Positions 50,638 to 64,000 of a stretch of DNA of 64,000 nucleotides are shown here, piece by piece. Both the position numbers and the translations under genes were made by a program. Positions within the stretch are counted from its first letter, which is position 1; every line of letters begins with the position of its first letter. The DNA lies in assembly GCA_973851085.1 (NCBI GenBank), contig OZ316776.1, forward strand, positions 1,240,001 through 1,304,000, read 5' to 3'. The notes beneath the pieces were generated by a model that was given only the letters and a program-made list of their open reading frames with translations, made no database searches and had not been told where the DNA came from. The stretch is from Ptychomitrium polyphyllum. Its lineage: Eukaryota.

Positions 50638-53600
50638 ATGACAGGTGAGTGACGGGAAGGACCTGATGTTGCGTTTGACTTGGCCAGGATTTGTATCTAG
50701 ATTGCTGGAATGGGTGAATCGTGTGGTGGTTTTATGGCTGTTGACACGGGTAGTCAACTGTAAGATTGCGGAAAGTTTGGGCGTCAGGGGTACGGTGATC
50801 ACGGGGCGGCGCCATGGGATCGCTGCAATCGTTTGTGGACTTGGAAGCTTCCCCCCTTTTCTTTTCGGTAGGAGTGTCGGGAGATTGTTGTGTTCGCAAT
50901 GTAGCTCCTGAAATCTGTAGTATTCTAGCTACTGCGGTTGTTGGGTGCCGTGTGGTGTGCGTTGAAAGGATGGGGACATGGTGAGGGTCGGGTTGGAGTT
51001 ATTCTAGAACGGCAGTCCTTATCGCTCCTTAAAAATTCATACAGAGAAGCTTGAATTGCTCGATCGTGCAGCAAATTTTGAAAACGAAATAAAGAATGTA
51101 GTCTGACAACGAATTTTGAGGTTCAGTATCATTTTAAGCAAACAATGTCATTGAAAAGTAATGACGTTGTTTGGGAACAGGATTTGTTCTCTGTCTTCTT
51201 GAAAATGTTTTTACTGGCGCTGTGGAAAGGTAGCTTGATCTCTTTAAGATGCTCCTCGAAATCGAGAGTTCTGAATATGCTTTTGTCAGTGAACTATTCT
51301 GTTGCGTCCTTACCAGTCACAGATATTGATTGGTTTGTGGCCTTCCTTCGGCTCAAATCAGGGTTGAATCTTGTGTTGCTTTAGGGTGGATAAGAGATCT
51401 GCACTCTAAAACCCTAAACCTTGAGCCGAGCTGGGTTGCAATGACCTGTTATTGAAGGTTCTTTCTCGAAGGTCGTTATTGAGTCACAAAAATGGAAATC
51501 AAACAACTTGAATAGATATTTTTCTTCTGCGTTTCCATGACCAGTTCTGCACCAAGTAGGTGTTTGAACGTTGAACGACATAGCATGTCTCTTAATGTGT
51601 CTGTACCTTTGCAGAAGTCGAACGCAGGAGTCCATGGCTGGCCAGCTCAGCCAGCAAGAGATGGGGGGAGGCTTTCTTTCTCATTTACAGTCCTTTCTGG
51701 ATCATAGTATTGCTGGGCGTCGTTGTTCCCCTTCGACTGTATGAGGTACAGATCATGCCTCATCTTGAAAACCTTGTTGGAAGTAATTTTCTGTTGATAG
51801 AGTATTAGCATACAACGTTGCAAACATTAAGCAAGTAGCTTCAGAAACTGTTTAAAGAAGTTGGTTTAACTAATCGGAAGTGAATTTCCTGGTTACCCAC
51901 TTGATAGCTCCTCGTCCTTTAATACACTTATAAATAGGTCCTCAATTAGCAAAATGCCGCCTTCTCTCTGTTTGTATGTGTAGGGAGACGTTGTATCTGT
52001 TACCTTGGCGTCACTAATGATTGTGTGGAAACGTGTTGTTTCTTTCAATCACAGAGGTTTCAGGAACGGGGGTACTTGCTTCTGGGTCTTCTGACTGTCG
52101 CTCCCTGCTTTCTGGTTCCTCTTTTTGTAGTATGCAAGGTATGCCCCACGCTTGCACCACACTCACGTTTTTGATGAATCCTATATTCAGATTGCAGTGG
52201 TTGAACGGGAGTTTAGTACACGGGTTGTATACTTGTATTTGCGTTGAAGCAGGCATTTGTGTTAGAGCTCTCTGGTATTGAATAACGAGGATTAAATGCT
52301 TATTACCCTCTGACAACTGTATTCTTGCTTATTTTCTGTCAGGAAGATGCGAAGAGACCTTGGTATAAGCGCTATTGGTTCAAGGTATTATCCTCCTGTT
52401 CAGGCTGCATTCTAAATTTCAGAGGGATAAGATTAGAGCTAATGGCATTCAATATCTTTAAGTTACTCTTCTCATATATGACATACTAGAGAGTTGGAGA
52501 TACTGAAAGAGTATGTGATGATAACGTGTACTGAAACATTCAATACAATCCAAATATCATCAGCTCTTTATTTTTCTGTTTAACAAGAAGTTTGCTTACT
52601 TGTATCATGTCCCTGACTGTGAGCATAACAGGCCAATGTGTGGATCGCAATTTTCGGCTTCGTGGGTAATTACTTTTGGACTCACTACTTCTATACAGTC
52701 CTGGGAGCTATCTACACTTTCCCTTCGTACAAAATCAACCATGTAAGCGTCAAGCACGTTCTCGACACTACCTGCTGTCTGTTATTGCCTCTTACTAATT
52801 ATATTACAAATAACCCTGTACCGCTATCAATAATTGCTCGATATTTTGTGCGTTTGTAGTCTGCTTATTTTCACTTGAATTACGATACCTATTTGATTAT
52901 TGGCTTGTTTTGCAGGTTCCAATCACCACATTCTTGCTAACTCAGCCTTACTTCCTTTTGTACCATGCCGTATCGAACATGACCCTACGAAGGCTAGAGC
53001 ATGCTATCAAAGTAATTGTTTTCAACTTAGCATCACTTCTTGCTTGACTCATTACTAATTATTTTTCCAGTGGCCGTACATTCCAGCTGCTTGACTATGA
53101 CTTCGTACCTTGTATGCTTTAAGCTGCGTATGTGTATATGACACTTGATTTAGATTTCCTTTTACCTTTTTGCAGGATATACCAGATAGATACACCAGGT
53201 GGTTAATTCAGGCCAGTTGGGTCTTGGTTCTCTCTTACATCACCGCTTTGACGGAAGCTCTCACTATTTCTCACGTGAGTCGTACCCTTCAAATATTGAG
53301 AGTCCAAAACGTCGATCACAGAGTTATAGTTGTCTTCCATTTCAGGTCAAAGTTCTTGCTACTCATTCGTGAACGGATTCTAAAATAGCATCTATGTACA
53401 GTATATTTGTGATGGTAACTAGAACTCTGGTGGTGGACTGCAGTTCCCTTATTACGAAATGGTTGACCGGAGCACATTTTATAAAGTGGGATCTTTGTTC
53501 TATGCCATCTACTTCATAGTCAGCTTCCCAATGTTCAAAAGGTATACCTTGGCATCAACCTTCAGATAACCTCAATGTACTAGAGGATTTGTCAGAAGAG

Positions 53601-54058
53601 GATCAGATTATGTAGATGTAGTTTGTTTTAGAGTTCAAATGCAGAGTGATTTTGTAGATTATCTAATTGGTTCAAACTGATGCAGGGGTCACTGAACCTG
53701 TGCTCAAGCATCTAATTAATCATCTGGTTTGCATTTGACTTGCCGACCTTGCAGGATGGACGAAGATCCAAATCTACCTTGGACTTTGAGTCAAGTAGCT
53801 GTTGATGCTTTGGGCGCTTCTATGCTTGTGACTATCATTTTGGACTTCTGGCGGATCACCGTTGGGCCGATTGTTGACATTCCATGGTCTGCATCACAGT
53901 CAGAATGCCTCCAGTTTGGGCCGCCGTGGTTGAGGCCTTCATCTGACATCAAGGGAGTGAAGGACGCTTATAACTGGACCTCATCTGGTATGACCCAAGA
54001 ATCCTATGGTCTTTCCAGACTGCGGGAAAGGGCAACGGCACCGCATGTTGAGCTGTAG
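50638..54058 (+). CDS. CPI1: Cycloeucalenol cycloisomerase (cyclopropyl sterol isomerase), multi-exon
   Basis: A short first coding exon ATGACAG|gt is followed by exons encoding SPWLASSASKRWGEAFFLIYSPFW, ANVWIAIFGFVGNYFWTHYFYTVLGA, FPYYE...VGSLFYAIYFIVSFPMF and RMDE...VAVDALGASMLVTIILDFWRI. Confidence 0.95.
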
Positions 54059-54134
54059 ATACTTGGACAACGTTGCCATGAAGACCGGTAATTGATCGGC
54101 CTGTGCTTGACATTGAAGAGATTAGAGTTGGCTC

Positions 54135-54197
54135 AACTGGCCAGATACTTGACTTAACTGGCCAGATACTTGACTTAACTGGCCAGATACTTGACTT
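54135..54197. repeat. 21-bp tandem repeat x3 (aactggccagatacttgactt) in the probable CPI1 3' UTR
   Basis: Read directly from the sequence. Confidence 0.9.
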
Positions 54198-55591
54198 GAA
54201 GTTCAACTGGCAGGTCTGGGCAGAGTCTCTGTGAAATATACTCTCAAGAATTTCATCCAATTCATTATCAAGCGACTGAATTTCTTAATGCAGTTGGTAT
54301 TCAGCAGTCATCTGGGTACATGCTAACCATTAAGATTTTCAATACTTCGGTCAAGACTCGGCTGTTTCATTTTCCTACTTACAACATTTTTAATCGTGAG
54401 AAGATTTGCACTATCTGTCGATATCTTTTATGATGTGATTCTTCTTACCTGTCATTTTCAATTTGATATAGCCTTGGCTCTTCAATAGCATCAGGGATGA
54501 GGACCGGAAAATAGCAATGAGAACGTGAGCATCGCTGGTACAGACTCTGTGCTTGATTCAAACACTCTCATCATCATACATGGGTTGGATTTAGGTACCT
54601 AAAGGACATCTTGCTCTGTCTTAATTGTACTACTGTTCTATCCTTATCCAGAATTGAAAGCAGCTTAGTAATATATTTTTTGATCCTATTTGCAGCATTG
54701 CTAATGCTATCGCCGGTACACTGAACTTAGGGTACATAAGTTCTTGTACTTTAGGTTGTCCTGTTGAAGATCTCCGATTCTCCATGTTGAAATTGACCAT
54801 GAATGCAGGAATGGCCTTGAAGTTCTTTAAAAAGGTTGTGTTTCTGACAGAAAATCTGAGGGGATGTCGAGATATTGGTAGCTTGGGAAACCATTTGCTG
54901 CAACTCTGACTCTTTTTTATTCCAGCTCCATGTATCCACGTTCACTTGGAGTTGCGTTGTATTATTCTAATGGCTTGCGCTTGCTTTACATTTGTAACCA
55001 AACATTTACGGCTTCCTACCCATGCTGAAAATGAACATCTTGAGTAGCCAATTCCTGGTTCACAACTTCAGAGTGGGTGGTGTAGGAATAACTTAGGGCT
55101 GCCATACACCTTCCGTTAGCCCATAGGAGAAGATATTTTGTGCCATATTTAAATGATTTTAGGAATATAATTGATCAAAGTTTTCAAGTTCTCCTATTAA
55201 GATTTTACATTTTATCTTGTTGTCCATAAAAGAAGTAATTTGAAAATGGATGAAAAAATGAGTTGGTTGCTTATATGACAACAATTGCTGAAAGACGATG
55301 AGGATTCTTTTGACAAAGAAGCTTCTAAAGTTTGAGAAAGGTGGGGTGGATAAGTATAGCTCTTCTATGCGGAGGTCAAGTGGTTGCATTCAAAGGAGCA
55401 TAAAAGTGAGTAGGTGTTGAAGGTCTCCAAGAAATGAACATTATTGCAACATTTCAAATTCCAATGGTTTCATGGCATGTTGCAATTCCATACAAAGATG
55501 TCATGTGGAGATGTTAAAATATTCAAGAAGGTATTTTTGTTACTGTTGTTGCGTCTAGTGTAGGTCATTGTTTAATGTAGGTCATTGTTTA

Positions 55592-55691
55592 NNNNNNNNN
55601 NNNNNNNNNNNNNNNNNNNNNNNNNNNNNNNNNNNNNNNNNNNNNNNNNNNNNNNNNNNNNNNNNNNNNNNNNNNNNNNNNNNNNNNNNNN
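55592..55691. other. 100-N scaffold gap, preceded by a 17-bp tandem duplication (tgtaggtcattgtttaa)
   Basis: Run of Ns; duplication read directly. Confidence 0.95.
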
Positions 55692-56445
55692 CCACCCCTT
55701 TTGTTCCCACTTATATTTTATGAAGAGAGAATACTTGCCTTGCTACAACTTCAAAATTTAAAGGTTTTCTATTGGTGTATCCACCTGATTCTCTTATGCA
55801 AGAATCCTCTTGTAGGTGAGTCATTTCAAGTACGTTAGCATGTGCAAAACCATAGCCTGTCCTGTGGCAGAACCACTAAAAGGTTGTGTATCATGCTCAC
55901 CTTTCCAATTCTCTATCCGCCAACACTAGAAATATGGAGAGGACAGATTTCAATCCATGCAATGTTGGATAGGCACGTGCAAAACTGGTATGCAACAAAT
56001 ATCTTCAGAATGGAGAATAAAAGGCGATCTCACAAATGATGCCTCCAACAATGGACAACCTTCTTTCAGGATACTCTCTGCTAAAGTTACTAGTCATAAT
56101 TGATCCATGTACCTATGTCCTAATCCAAGGAAGCCTTCGCAATGTTGAGAATTTCACCTCAGCCTCAATCACCTGAACATCGAGTCTTTGGACTGATGTC
56201 GATCAGAATAATCACCACGATGAAGGCTTTTCTTTGCAGAATATCTGTAAATTCCTGAAACGTGACTTAGGCCTGCACTGTGCTACACCAAAAGGGTCCT
56301 AATTAGCACAACAATTCAGGAGTAGAGGGACAACTTAAGAGAGTATGGTGACGTGGAGGAATTGAGCATTCAGAATCCCTAGAGCCTCCTACGAATTCCA
56401 ATAAAGGTAGACTTACAGTGCATTCAAGTGATACTTGAAAGCTGG

Positions 56446-58362
56446 TTAGTGAGGCCGGAATGGAAACACGAATGATATGCTTTTCCCTGGCTTCGTACCT
56501 GGCAGATAACACCACAACACAAATCAAATGAAACAGCACAATTTCATGGTATCATTTGAGTTTAAATTTAATAGCCAGAATTACGCTACCGCAGTAAGAT
56601 CGGTTGTATTACAAGCATGCTCTGGATCTGTCCTGCAATTTCAATCATGAAGGTATGCAAAGGCATGTTTAGGAATAGGGCACGAATTCTTACATTCATT
56701 GAAACACTGCAAGGAGCAGTTATCAGTAACTTTTTTGACATCTGACTGATCCAAAACGTAGCCCGTCTCTTCCTTCACCTCCGTCAAATGGCGACTAACA
56801 GCACCCTGGCAAGCCTTTCTGCATGGAGCACTGCACGACTCTTCCCTTGTCTGACCCTGCCCTTTGAAACACGATGGCTCGCCAATGATACTCACCTACA
56901 AGACACAAACTCACACAACTCACTGACCAGTTCCTTTCAGTTTGCTAAAACAGAATGTGTGCAGATACAAGTTCTAAAAGGTTGAGCTAAAGGGCAAAGT
57001 CAAGAGAGACTGAAGATGAACAATTGTATACCAACGTTCCACAAGTCCAAGAACTTCACATCACCAAGAAATCTGACATGCACAAAATGGAAGGGAGGGT
57101 GTCATTACTTTAAGACCAGCCGGTACGCCTTGTAGTTCAGGAGTTTCTTTGCTTGCATCCAAAGCATTTACACTGCAAGAATATGCACCACAGGTATAAA
57201 GATAAAGTTGGAGATCGTGATAGTTCATGTCTCACACATTGTGTACTTCTTCATAGAAGCTTGGTCCACAGCACGAACAACAATCGAATACTGACTACAA
57301 GTACCATCGATTCCAGTTCTTTGTGATCAATATAAAACCCAAGCCTGTGGAGTGCGTGTACCAAGCTGATGCAGTGAATCCTTTCTTCCGGCCGACGACC
57401 TTGTTTTCAACGACATCCTCGATCAAGTATTTCTTCCTGCGGTATAGGAACACCATCCACATGCCCAGTCTATATCCATCAGATTGGAGATGCATTGCTT
57501 AACTCGTCAAATAACCTTTCTTTGACTTACAACATAGTATTAATGTAATATGAACGAAACGCAGAATACATCACAAACTCTGCATATTGCAGATTCTCTG
57601 TTTCTACTGTGCCCTTTGTCAATATCAGCCACTCCATCTCCGTAGCACAAAATTACAAACTAGGTCAAGAATGACTGAGTACTCAGTTTCTTGCAATACA
57701 TTACCCATGCGGAACACAAGAATAATCATATGCAACACTGAACAGTTTCCATGGAAAAAAATAGATAGATTAGTCTCGACACAGGGCAACATCTAAGATT
57801 AACAATGCTGGGAAATTCAGTCAATAATGTTCTAGTTCGCTCAGACGTGGGAGTGCAAGGAGATTCCTAGGTACAGTTCGGAAGGAAGAGAAGGTGAAAG
57901 CGGGGTCACCTACAAGATGCTGCCATAGATTGTGAAAGGCTCCACTGGATCCTTCTCCACCTCAGGTTTCCCAAACCAACCAAACGCCATCGCGGGCTCC
58001 CCAGCTGCAGCAGCGCCAACCATGACCATGGCCGCCAAAGCAGCCACCATCCATTTCTTCTCTTTACTCACCGCGTTGTCACTACAACTTGAAACCCCAC
58101 GTGTCGGCAATTCCATCTCCTCATCTTCTCTCGGCCCTGCAGCTTCTCCGCCTGACCTAACAGAGCACCTCAAACTCACAGAATTCCGTCCATTTCGCAA
58201 GCCAATTGCGTGACCACCTGTGCGCATTACCAGACCTAAACCAGAAGAAGAAGTAGCAGCACCTGAAGAAGAACAAAACACCCTCCCCACCGTCCTAGCA
58301 AGAATTGGGCCCCCTTGCAATCCACATTGTAGCACAAGACATTGACCCAGATGAGATGACAT
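56446..58362 (-). CDS. Uncharacterised Cys-rich protein with a bipartite plastid/thylakoid-lumen-type presequence, 5 exons
   Basis: Ser/Arg-rich transit peptide and hydrophobic KKWMVAALAAMVMVGAAAAGEPAMA|F. Phase-compatible GT-AG exons give KDPVEPFTIYGSILKKYLIEDVVENKVVGRKKGFTASACVNAL...CSAPCRKACQGAV...NCSLQCFNECTKPGKSISFVFPFRPH*. Confidence 0.82.
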
Positions 58363-59904
58363 GACGAACCCGCCTCTCAAGCAAGGCAATCACTCCACGG
58401 TTTCGACAACCCCAGCTTACACAGAACCTCCAAACGAAGGTAACAGCATCTACACTTCACTGCTTGCGTCCAGAAATGCAAGCTCAGCAACCAAGATAAC
58501 TTAAAACCATGGCCAAAACGAAAACCGACTGTCTCTCCGTTTCTCTCCTCATCTTCTTCCCAATGGCTTCAAGAGAACTTCAAACCTTGAAATGACATCT
58601 ACAACCCAGTTGCTCACAATCTTCTTTCTAAGACCTCCTCAAATTTAGCTCCCACCTCGCGGTCATCTTTCAGACACACTCGCAGACAGAAGTCCTGGAA
58701 TATCACACTGCAAACCTCCATGTGTGAGGATATGAGGCGACGGAGATGAGAGGCTGGCGAGAAACGTAGTCATCAACCAAATCAGCAGCCAGCAGAGGTA
58801 TTCTCTCATCATTTGTTACTATTATTAAATCCTTCATACTGTTGATGAAAAATTGCACAGCAAGGCTCGAGCTTGGACCACGGTCCACGGTGATAGACCA
58901 TAGTGCCTCTCTCCTCAAGAAGCTCCTCACCAGGCGGCGACCGACCTGCTGAATTGATTACCTTGCGGTTGCAAGTCCGTCATGCTCTTTGATTGTGCGC
59001 CGAGGCTTCCAACTTGGCAAACTTGGCAAACTTTCTGTTTCTTTCCCTTTCGTGGGACTACTACCACACTTTTGTGCACTGGATCTGGGGCTGTTCAGTT
59101 TTGGGGACAGTCAAACACAACTCAATCCAATAGAATTGACGATTTACTGCATGAGTTGGGTTTCGCCGAGGTACCACCAATGTGAGGAGCTCTTGTGGGG
59201 AGTTCTGGTGTTGCGAAGTGCAGTTCATAGTTTTGCTGACTTGGTGGTACATTTCGCGATCATCTCAGTGGCGCGGTCATGATGAGATGAGGAGACGCGT
59301 TTTGGGATCTACTAATTTTGGGGAGAATTTAGGCTTCTATGTGTCGGTATGACGCGAGAGAAGAACGGGAGTCAGCTTCTGTAGGGTTACCGTGGTCGAC
59401 GATGATATAGCAGGCTTAGGTTTTCGAGGTTTCCTCAAGTCATCGTCTCGGCCTGGTCCCTTTTTCTTTCTTCGGTGGAAGGAAAATACAGCTCTGGCGT
59501 AATTTTCTCTGGAGGATTATTTTTGGGGCTCTCGCATTTGGCGCACACTTTCTGTGGAAGCATCAGAGCTCACTTGTGTAATTTAGCCGATCGCTCTGAC
59601 AATCTTCCGCTCTGTGTTTCGTTTGAGAGGGCAATGGTGCTCAATTTCGGTTACCTCTGGTGATTGTTGCACAGTTTTGTGCTTCTTGTAGGCTTCAGAG
59701 GAGCGCGCTCGATTGATGATGCCAAGGCCAGCGTTGGAAAGAGCAAGCTGGAGTGGAGGAGCAGGAGGTTTGCGGCCTCTGCAGTGACCAGAATACAACA
59801 TTAGCGGGGTCAGGGTGACTATTGCAGAGCATGGGAAGCTGGTGGAAGTTTTGGGTTTGAGGAATATACGAGGGTGATGCGTTGGATTCTTCCGAGGGGC
59901 AGAT

Positions 59905-62900
59905 ATGGCACCTGTGCTGCCTTACACTAGTAAAGATACCAAGTATGATAACGCTAAGTTTCGGAGACGCTCTGATCTGAAGGTAAATCGTAATCCTGGC
60001 TTCATCTGTCACTGCATTTGCAAAGGCCGCTAGGATCGTTCATCTCTGTGTTGGATTTTCCTTCTCGTGCGAACTCGGAAGTCAGTGTCTATGGTTCCGA
60101 TGATTTGTAGTTGTGCAGATCTAGAAGCCGAATAGTTGATCATCCGTGAGTTGATCTGATGAGACACATGTTGGATTTCGTGCCCCTTGAGCTTGCGAAT
60201 CCACTGGAAGATTTGGAAATGCTATTTCATTTCTGAAAGCTGAGATGGTTCCCCATTTAGTGCTAAGGTTAATTTTCGTCTAGGTCCAACTGGATATCTG
60301 CATTTCCACTTGAACATGTAAAATTTAATTACGAGGCTTCTGCATTGTACCGGACACCAGTGCACTAGTGTACGAGAATATTGATATAGAATGGCAGCAG
60401 CTGGAAGGTTTGGTAGATTTGCTAAATCGTTTGATGTTGCTCCTTAGAGGTCGTCTTTCGACCTTATTTGGAGTGACCAGCAGAGATGTACGTCAATCAG
60501 TCAGTTAGCTTATAAGTAATGTTTAAACGCTGTGAAATAACGTAGTGATTTTTGGTTTCCAAATTTAGGAATGAGAAGTGGAATATTGGATCTACAGAGT
60601 CAGACTTTTTGAAATGTGCATCTAATTTAGTGTCCCCACTTAATTCTTGGCTTGTTCACGCCAATGCAGAGAGTGGTGCAAGCAATTCGCAACAGCAATG
60701 TGAAGAGGCAATGTGGATCCTGCGGGGTAGGGCAAATACTGTTACTGCTTCTGATTGCGGGTCTCATGGTCCTTGCATTGACTCATTCTAGTCACGTTCA
60801 CGTAAAGAAAGTCCGGAAAAACTTCGGAGGTAAAATCGGCACAGAGACATTTTCACAGATCTGGAATAAGAGGCAAGCCCCAAAGAGTTCAGGAACAGTC
60901 AGTAATGCCACCAGTGTTACCGTAAGTGAACTTAATGCTAATGCGTATACTGTTATCCTTACGTAGAAAATAGCAAGCTAGGCGCACGAGGATGTTTTTC
61001 TCTTTTGTTTTCTAAGTTTTCTGGCTTTTAAGTATCGTGTGCCAAAATGCTCACATTTGGGTGTCATGGGCGTCTTGTCTTATCCCAGACTTCTAATGAC
61101 AATGCACTATGGAGGAAACGCCAATCAGAAGTTTCTGGAGCTTTTGTGCATGCCTGGAAGGGTTACATGAGTTATGCATTAGGATATGATGAATTGCAGC
61201 CAGTCAGCAAATCAGGAATCAATGGCTTAGGCGGGCTTGGTGCCACTGTCATTGATGCTCTTGACACTGCCATGATAATGGGGTTGGATGATGTAGTGCA
61301 AGATGCTGGCTCTTGGATACAGAAAGAGTTACTCGGGCGAATTGCAGCCAAAGGACAGGTGACTCATCCAACTACAACCTGCATCTCCAGTCTTATGACA
61401 TCTTGATTTATTCTTGTTGGTTGTTTATTCTTCTGTACTATTTATGTGATAGATTGTTGAATGTTTATGCAGGTGAATCTATTTGAGACAACTATCCGTG
61501 TTTTAGGTGGCCTTTTAAGTGCTTACCACCTTAGGGGAGGAGGTGACAGTAGTTCTTGGGGAGCAGAGGGGCTTACTTATACTGTGGGGCCGGATCCTGA
61601 GGTCTACTTAAACTGTGCAAAGGATTTGGGTGATCGCTTGCTTTCTGCTTTTACAAGCAGCAAGTCTCCTGTACCTTACTCTGATGTCTTTCTGAAGGAA
61701 AAGACTGCAAAATCTGCAGGGTCTTTTGGTGGCGATGCTAGCACAGCCGAGGCAACCTCTGTTCAATTGGAATTTTCTTATCTTAGCCTTCTAACGGGAG
61801 ATCCCAAGTACGAGAAAGCAGCTATGGCTGTTTATGAGCATTTTAAGGGGCTTCCAAAGACGGAAGGTTTGGTGCCAATTTATATAAAGTAAGTTTGTAA
61901 AGTCTGAAAATATTCTTACAAATGAATATTTCACCTCGGATGTGAGACACCCTGCGGCTTAAAGGGACTTGTTTTTTCTGTTGACACTCTAGAAAAAATA
62001 AGGGTATAAGTGAGAAAGTTGCGCAGTTTTTTCAAATCTATTTTGTCTTTGCTTTTGATGTTGTTGTGATTTTGGGACATGCCAAATAACCCCTATGAGT
62101 TTATCTAACAGACAAGCCTTGTCTAATTGATGTTTCAGTGCAGATTCAGGACAGTTTCAAGGAAACAACATAAGGCTGGGATCTCGTGGGGACAGCTACT
62201 ATGAGTACCTGCTCAAGGTCTGGATACAGCATGGTGGTGCTGCTCACAATGAATCGAGTGTAGCTTATCTGAGAGAGATGTACGACGAGGCAATGAATGG
62301 TGTGAAGCACAGGCTGGTCGCAAAGTCCCAACCAAACGGTTTGGTTTTTGTGGGAGAGCTGCCACATGGAGTTGGTTCTGCTCTACATCCAAAAATGGAC
62401 CATCTGGTACAATGCAGCACTTCCTGCTCGATCGTATTTCTTGATTTTGGATACATTCCCATGAGTTCCTTCATGCCTGTTCTTTAATGTGCTCTTCCGT
62501 TCTGTTCGTGTTTCTCCCTTAGCTTCAATAGGCCTTCAAAAGTCTGGGCACCGCATCCAAGAGAAGATGCAGATGCAAATCTTACACATACTTTTCTCTG
62601 TGGTGAATATGTTTAAAGGTTTGTTTCCTAGCGGGGAATCTTGCACTAGGTGCCACTAGAGGTTTGACCATAGAGGAGGCAATGGATAAAGGTAACCACT
62701 CGTTTATATGAATCAGAATGGGTCCCTAATCACTTCTTTTTTGTTTCGTGATTTCTTATCTCTTTGTGCACGTATCTTTCTACGTTCACAATTTTATTCC
62801 TATGGAGGTCTCTTGTGCTTCTTTCTTCCTGAACTAATATTGAACACATTGTTTTGTTTAGGTCTTTTGAGTGTAAGTGACCTGGAAGACTTGAAGCTGG

Positions 62901-63930
62901 CAGAGGAGTTGGGAAGGACTTGCTATGAAATGTACAACGTTACCGCTACAGGACTTGCTCCAGAGATTGCCTACTTCAACATATATGTAGGCTTCCATTT
63001 GATTCAATCCTGAAACCTCGTATTATACGAAAATTATATAGTATTTCCACTGCACTGAATTTCACCGTTTCGACTATCTGAACTTAAACGAGAGCATCTG
63101 GACTTAATGGGGCTCCTTTCTGCAGAAAGAAAACGAGGACGTAGAAGGTGGGAGGGCGGATTCATTTTATAAACATGATCTTCGCATCAAACCTGCAGAT
63201 CGTCACAACCTCCTGCGGCCAGAAACAGTGGAATCATTGTTCCTACTTTACCGAATTACTGGAAATTCCAAGTAAGGATTCATGAAATGTTTTTATTGCT
63301 CTTGGTGTGGAAAGTGAAACATTTAATGACCTTTACTTGTGTGATGCATTGTGATGAGATGCAGAAACGTCTTAGATTTGGACTTGTATTCGTACGTGAG
63401 TTAGTTTCGGTATGTGTCCTTTGGGATTCACTCCTTCACTTTGGCTATGTTGCAGGTATCGGGACTGGGGATGGAATATATTTCAGTCCTTTGAGGTTCA
63501 CACGAAGTTGAGGACAGGGGGTTACTCATCTCTTGACGATGTCACATCTATCCCAGCTCCAATGAGAGACAAGATGGAGACATTTTTTCTCGGCGAGACT
63601 TTGAAGTATTTGTACCTGCTCTTCGGCGATATTAACGTGTTACCGTTGACTGAATTCGTGTTCAATACTGAGGCTCATCCGCTGCCTATTCGAAAGGAAA
63701 GTTCCCCTGCCGTTGAAAAGGAATCCAATTCCAAGGGTACTGTCAATGTTTCTGCAAACAAATTGGCAGATATGGGTATAAAGCAAGAGGCAAATGTTAC
63801 CATAAACCAGGAGGGAGATCATGTTCCTACAAACCAACAGGCAGATCTTTCTACCAACAAGCATAGATCCAAGAAGAGAATCCCGAAGGCCAAGGATGTG
63901 GCACTGACAATGAGGGACCTCCTGATGTAG
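59905..63930 (+). CDS. MNS3: Class I alpha-1,2-mannosidase (GH47), MNS3-type, multi-exon
   Basis: Exon 1 (59905-59982) encodes [26 protein letters not shown], followed by a transmembrane anchor. GH47 motifs: AFVHAWKGY...[89 protein letters not shown]. Confidence 0.96.
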
Positions 63931-64000
63931 GTTTGTAGTTTTTCGTAGCAGATGTCGTCAGTCTCTCAGATCTAGTAAGAATTTGGCAGAACTACCTCCC

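Noticed and set aside
54700..56300. Possible transposon remnant around the second gap
   Set aside because: No reverse transcriptase, integrase or transposase motifs and no termini recognised.

Overview
Eukaryotic nuclear DNA from a land plant. The spliceosomal introns and gene content are seen directly; a moss-like source is my inference from composition and sequence divergence. Eight apparently intact protein genes are supported: VPS35 (-), a GT31 galectin-domain Hyp-O-galactosyltransferase (-), an EDA12/DUF7138-like protein (-), a subtilase (-), an LRR-VI-type receptor pseudokinase (-), cycloeucalenol cycloisomerase CPI1 (+), an uncharacterised Cys-rich putative thylakoid-lumen protein (-) and the GH47 mannosidase MNS3 (+). 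A degenerate multi-exon C2-domain gene (+, 43487-45316) is nearly invisible in the ORF track. The window begins at the centre of an apparently perfect inverted duplication of the VPS35 3' end, whose spacer contains a 100-N gap, so it could be a real palindrome or an assembly artefact. Other observations are a U12-type intron in VPS35, a pre-miRNA/MITE-like hairpin, several short tandem arrays and four very AT-rich spacers. I found no convincing novel multi-gene system. All family assignments are from motif recognition, not database searches.
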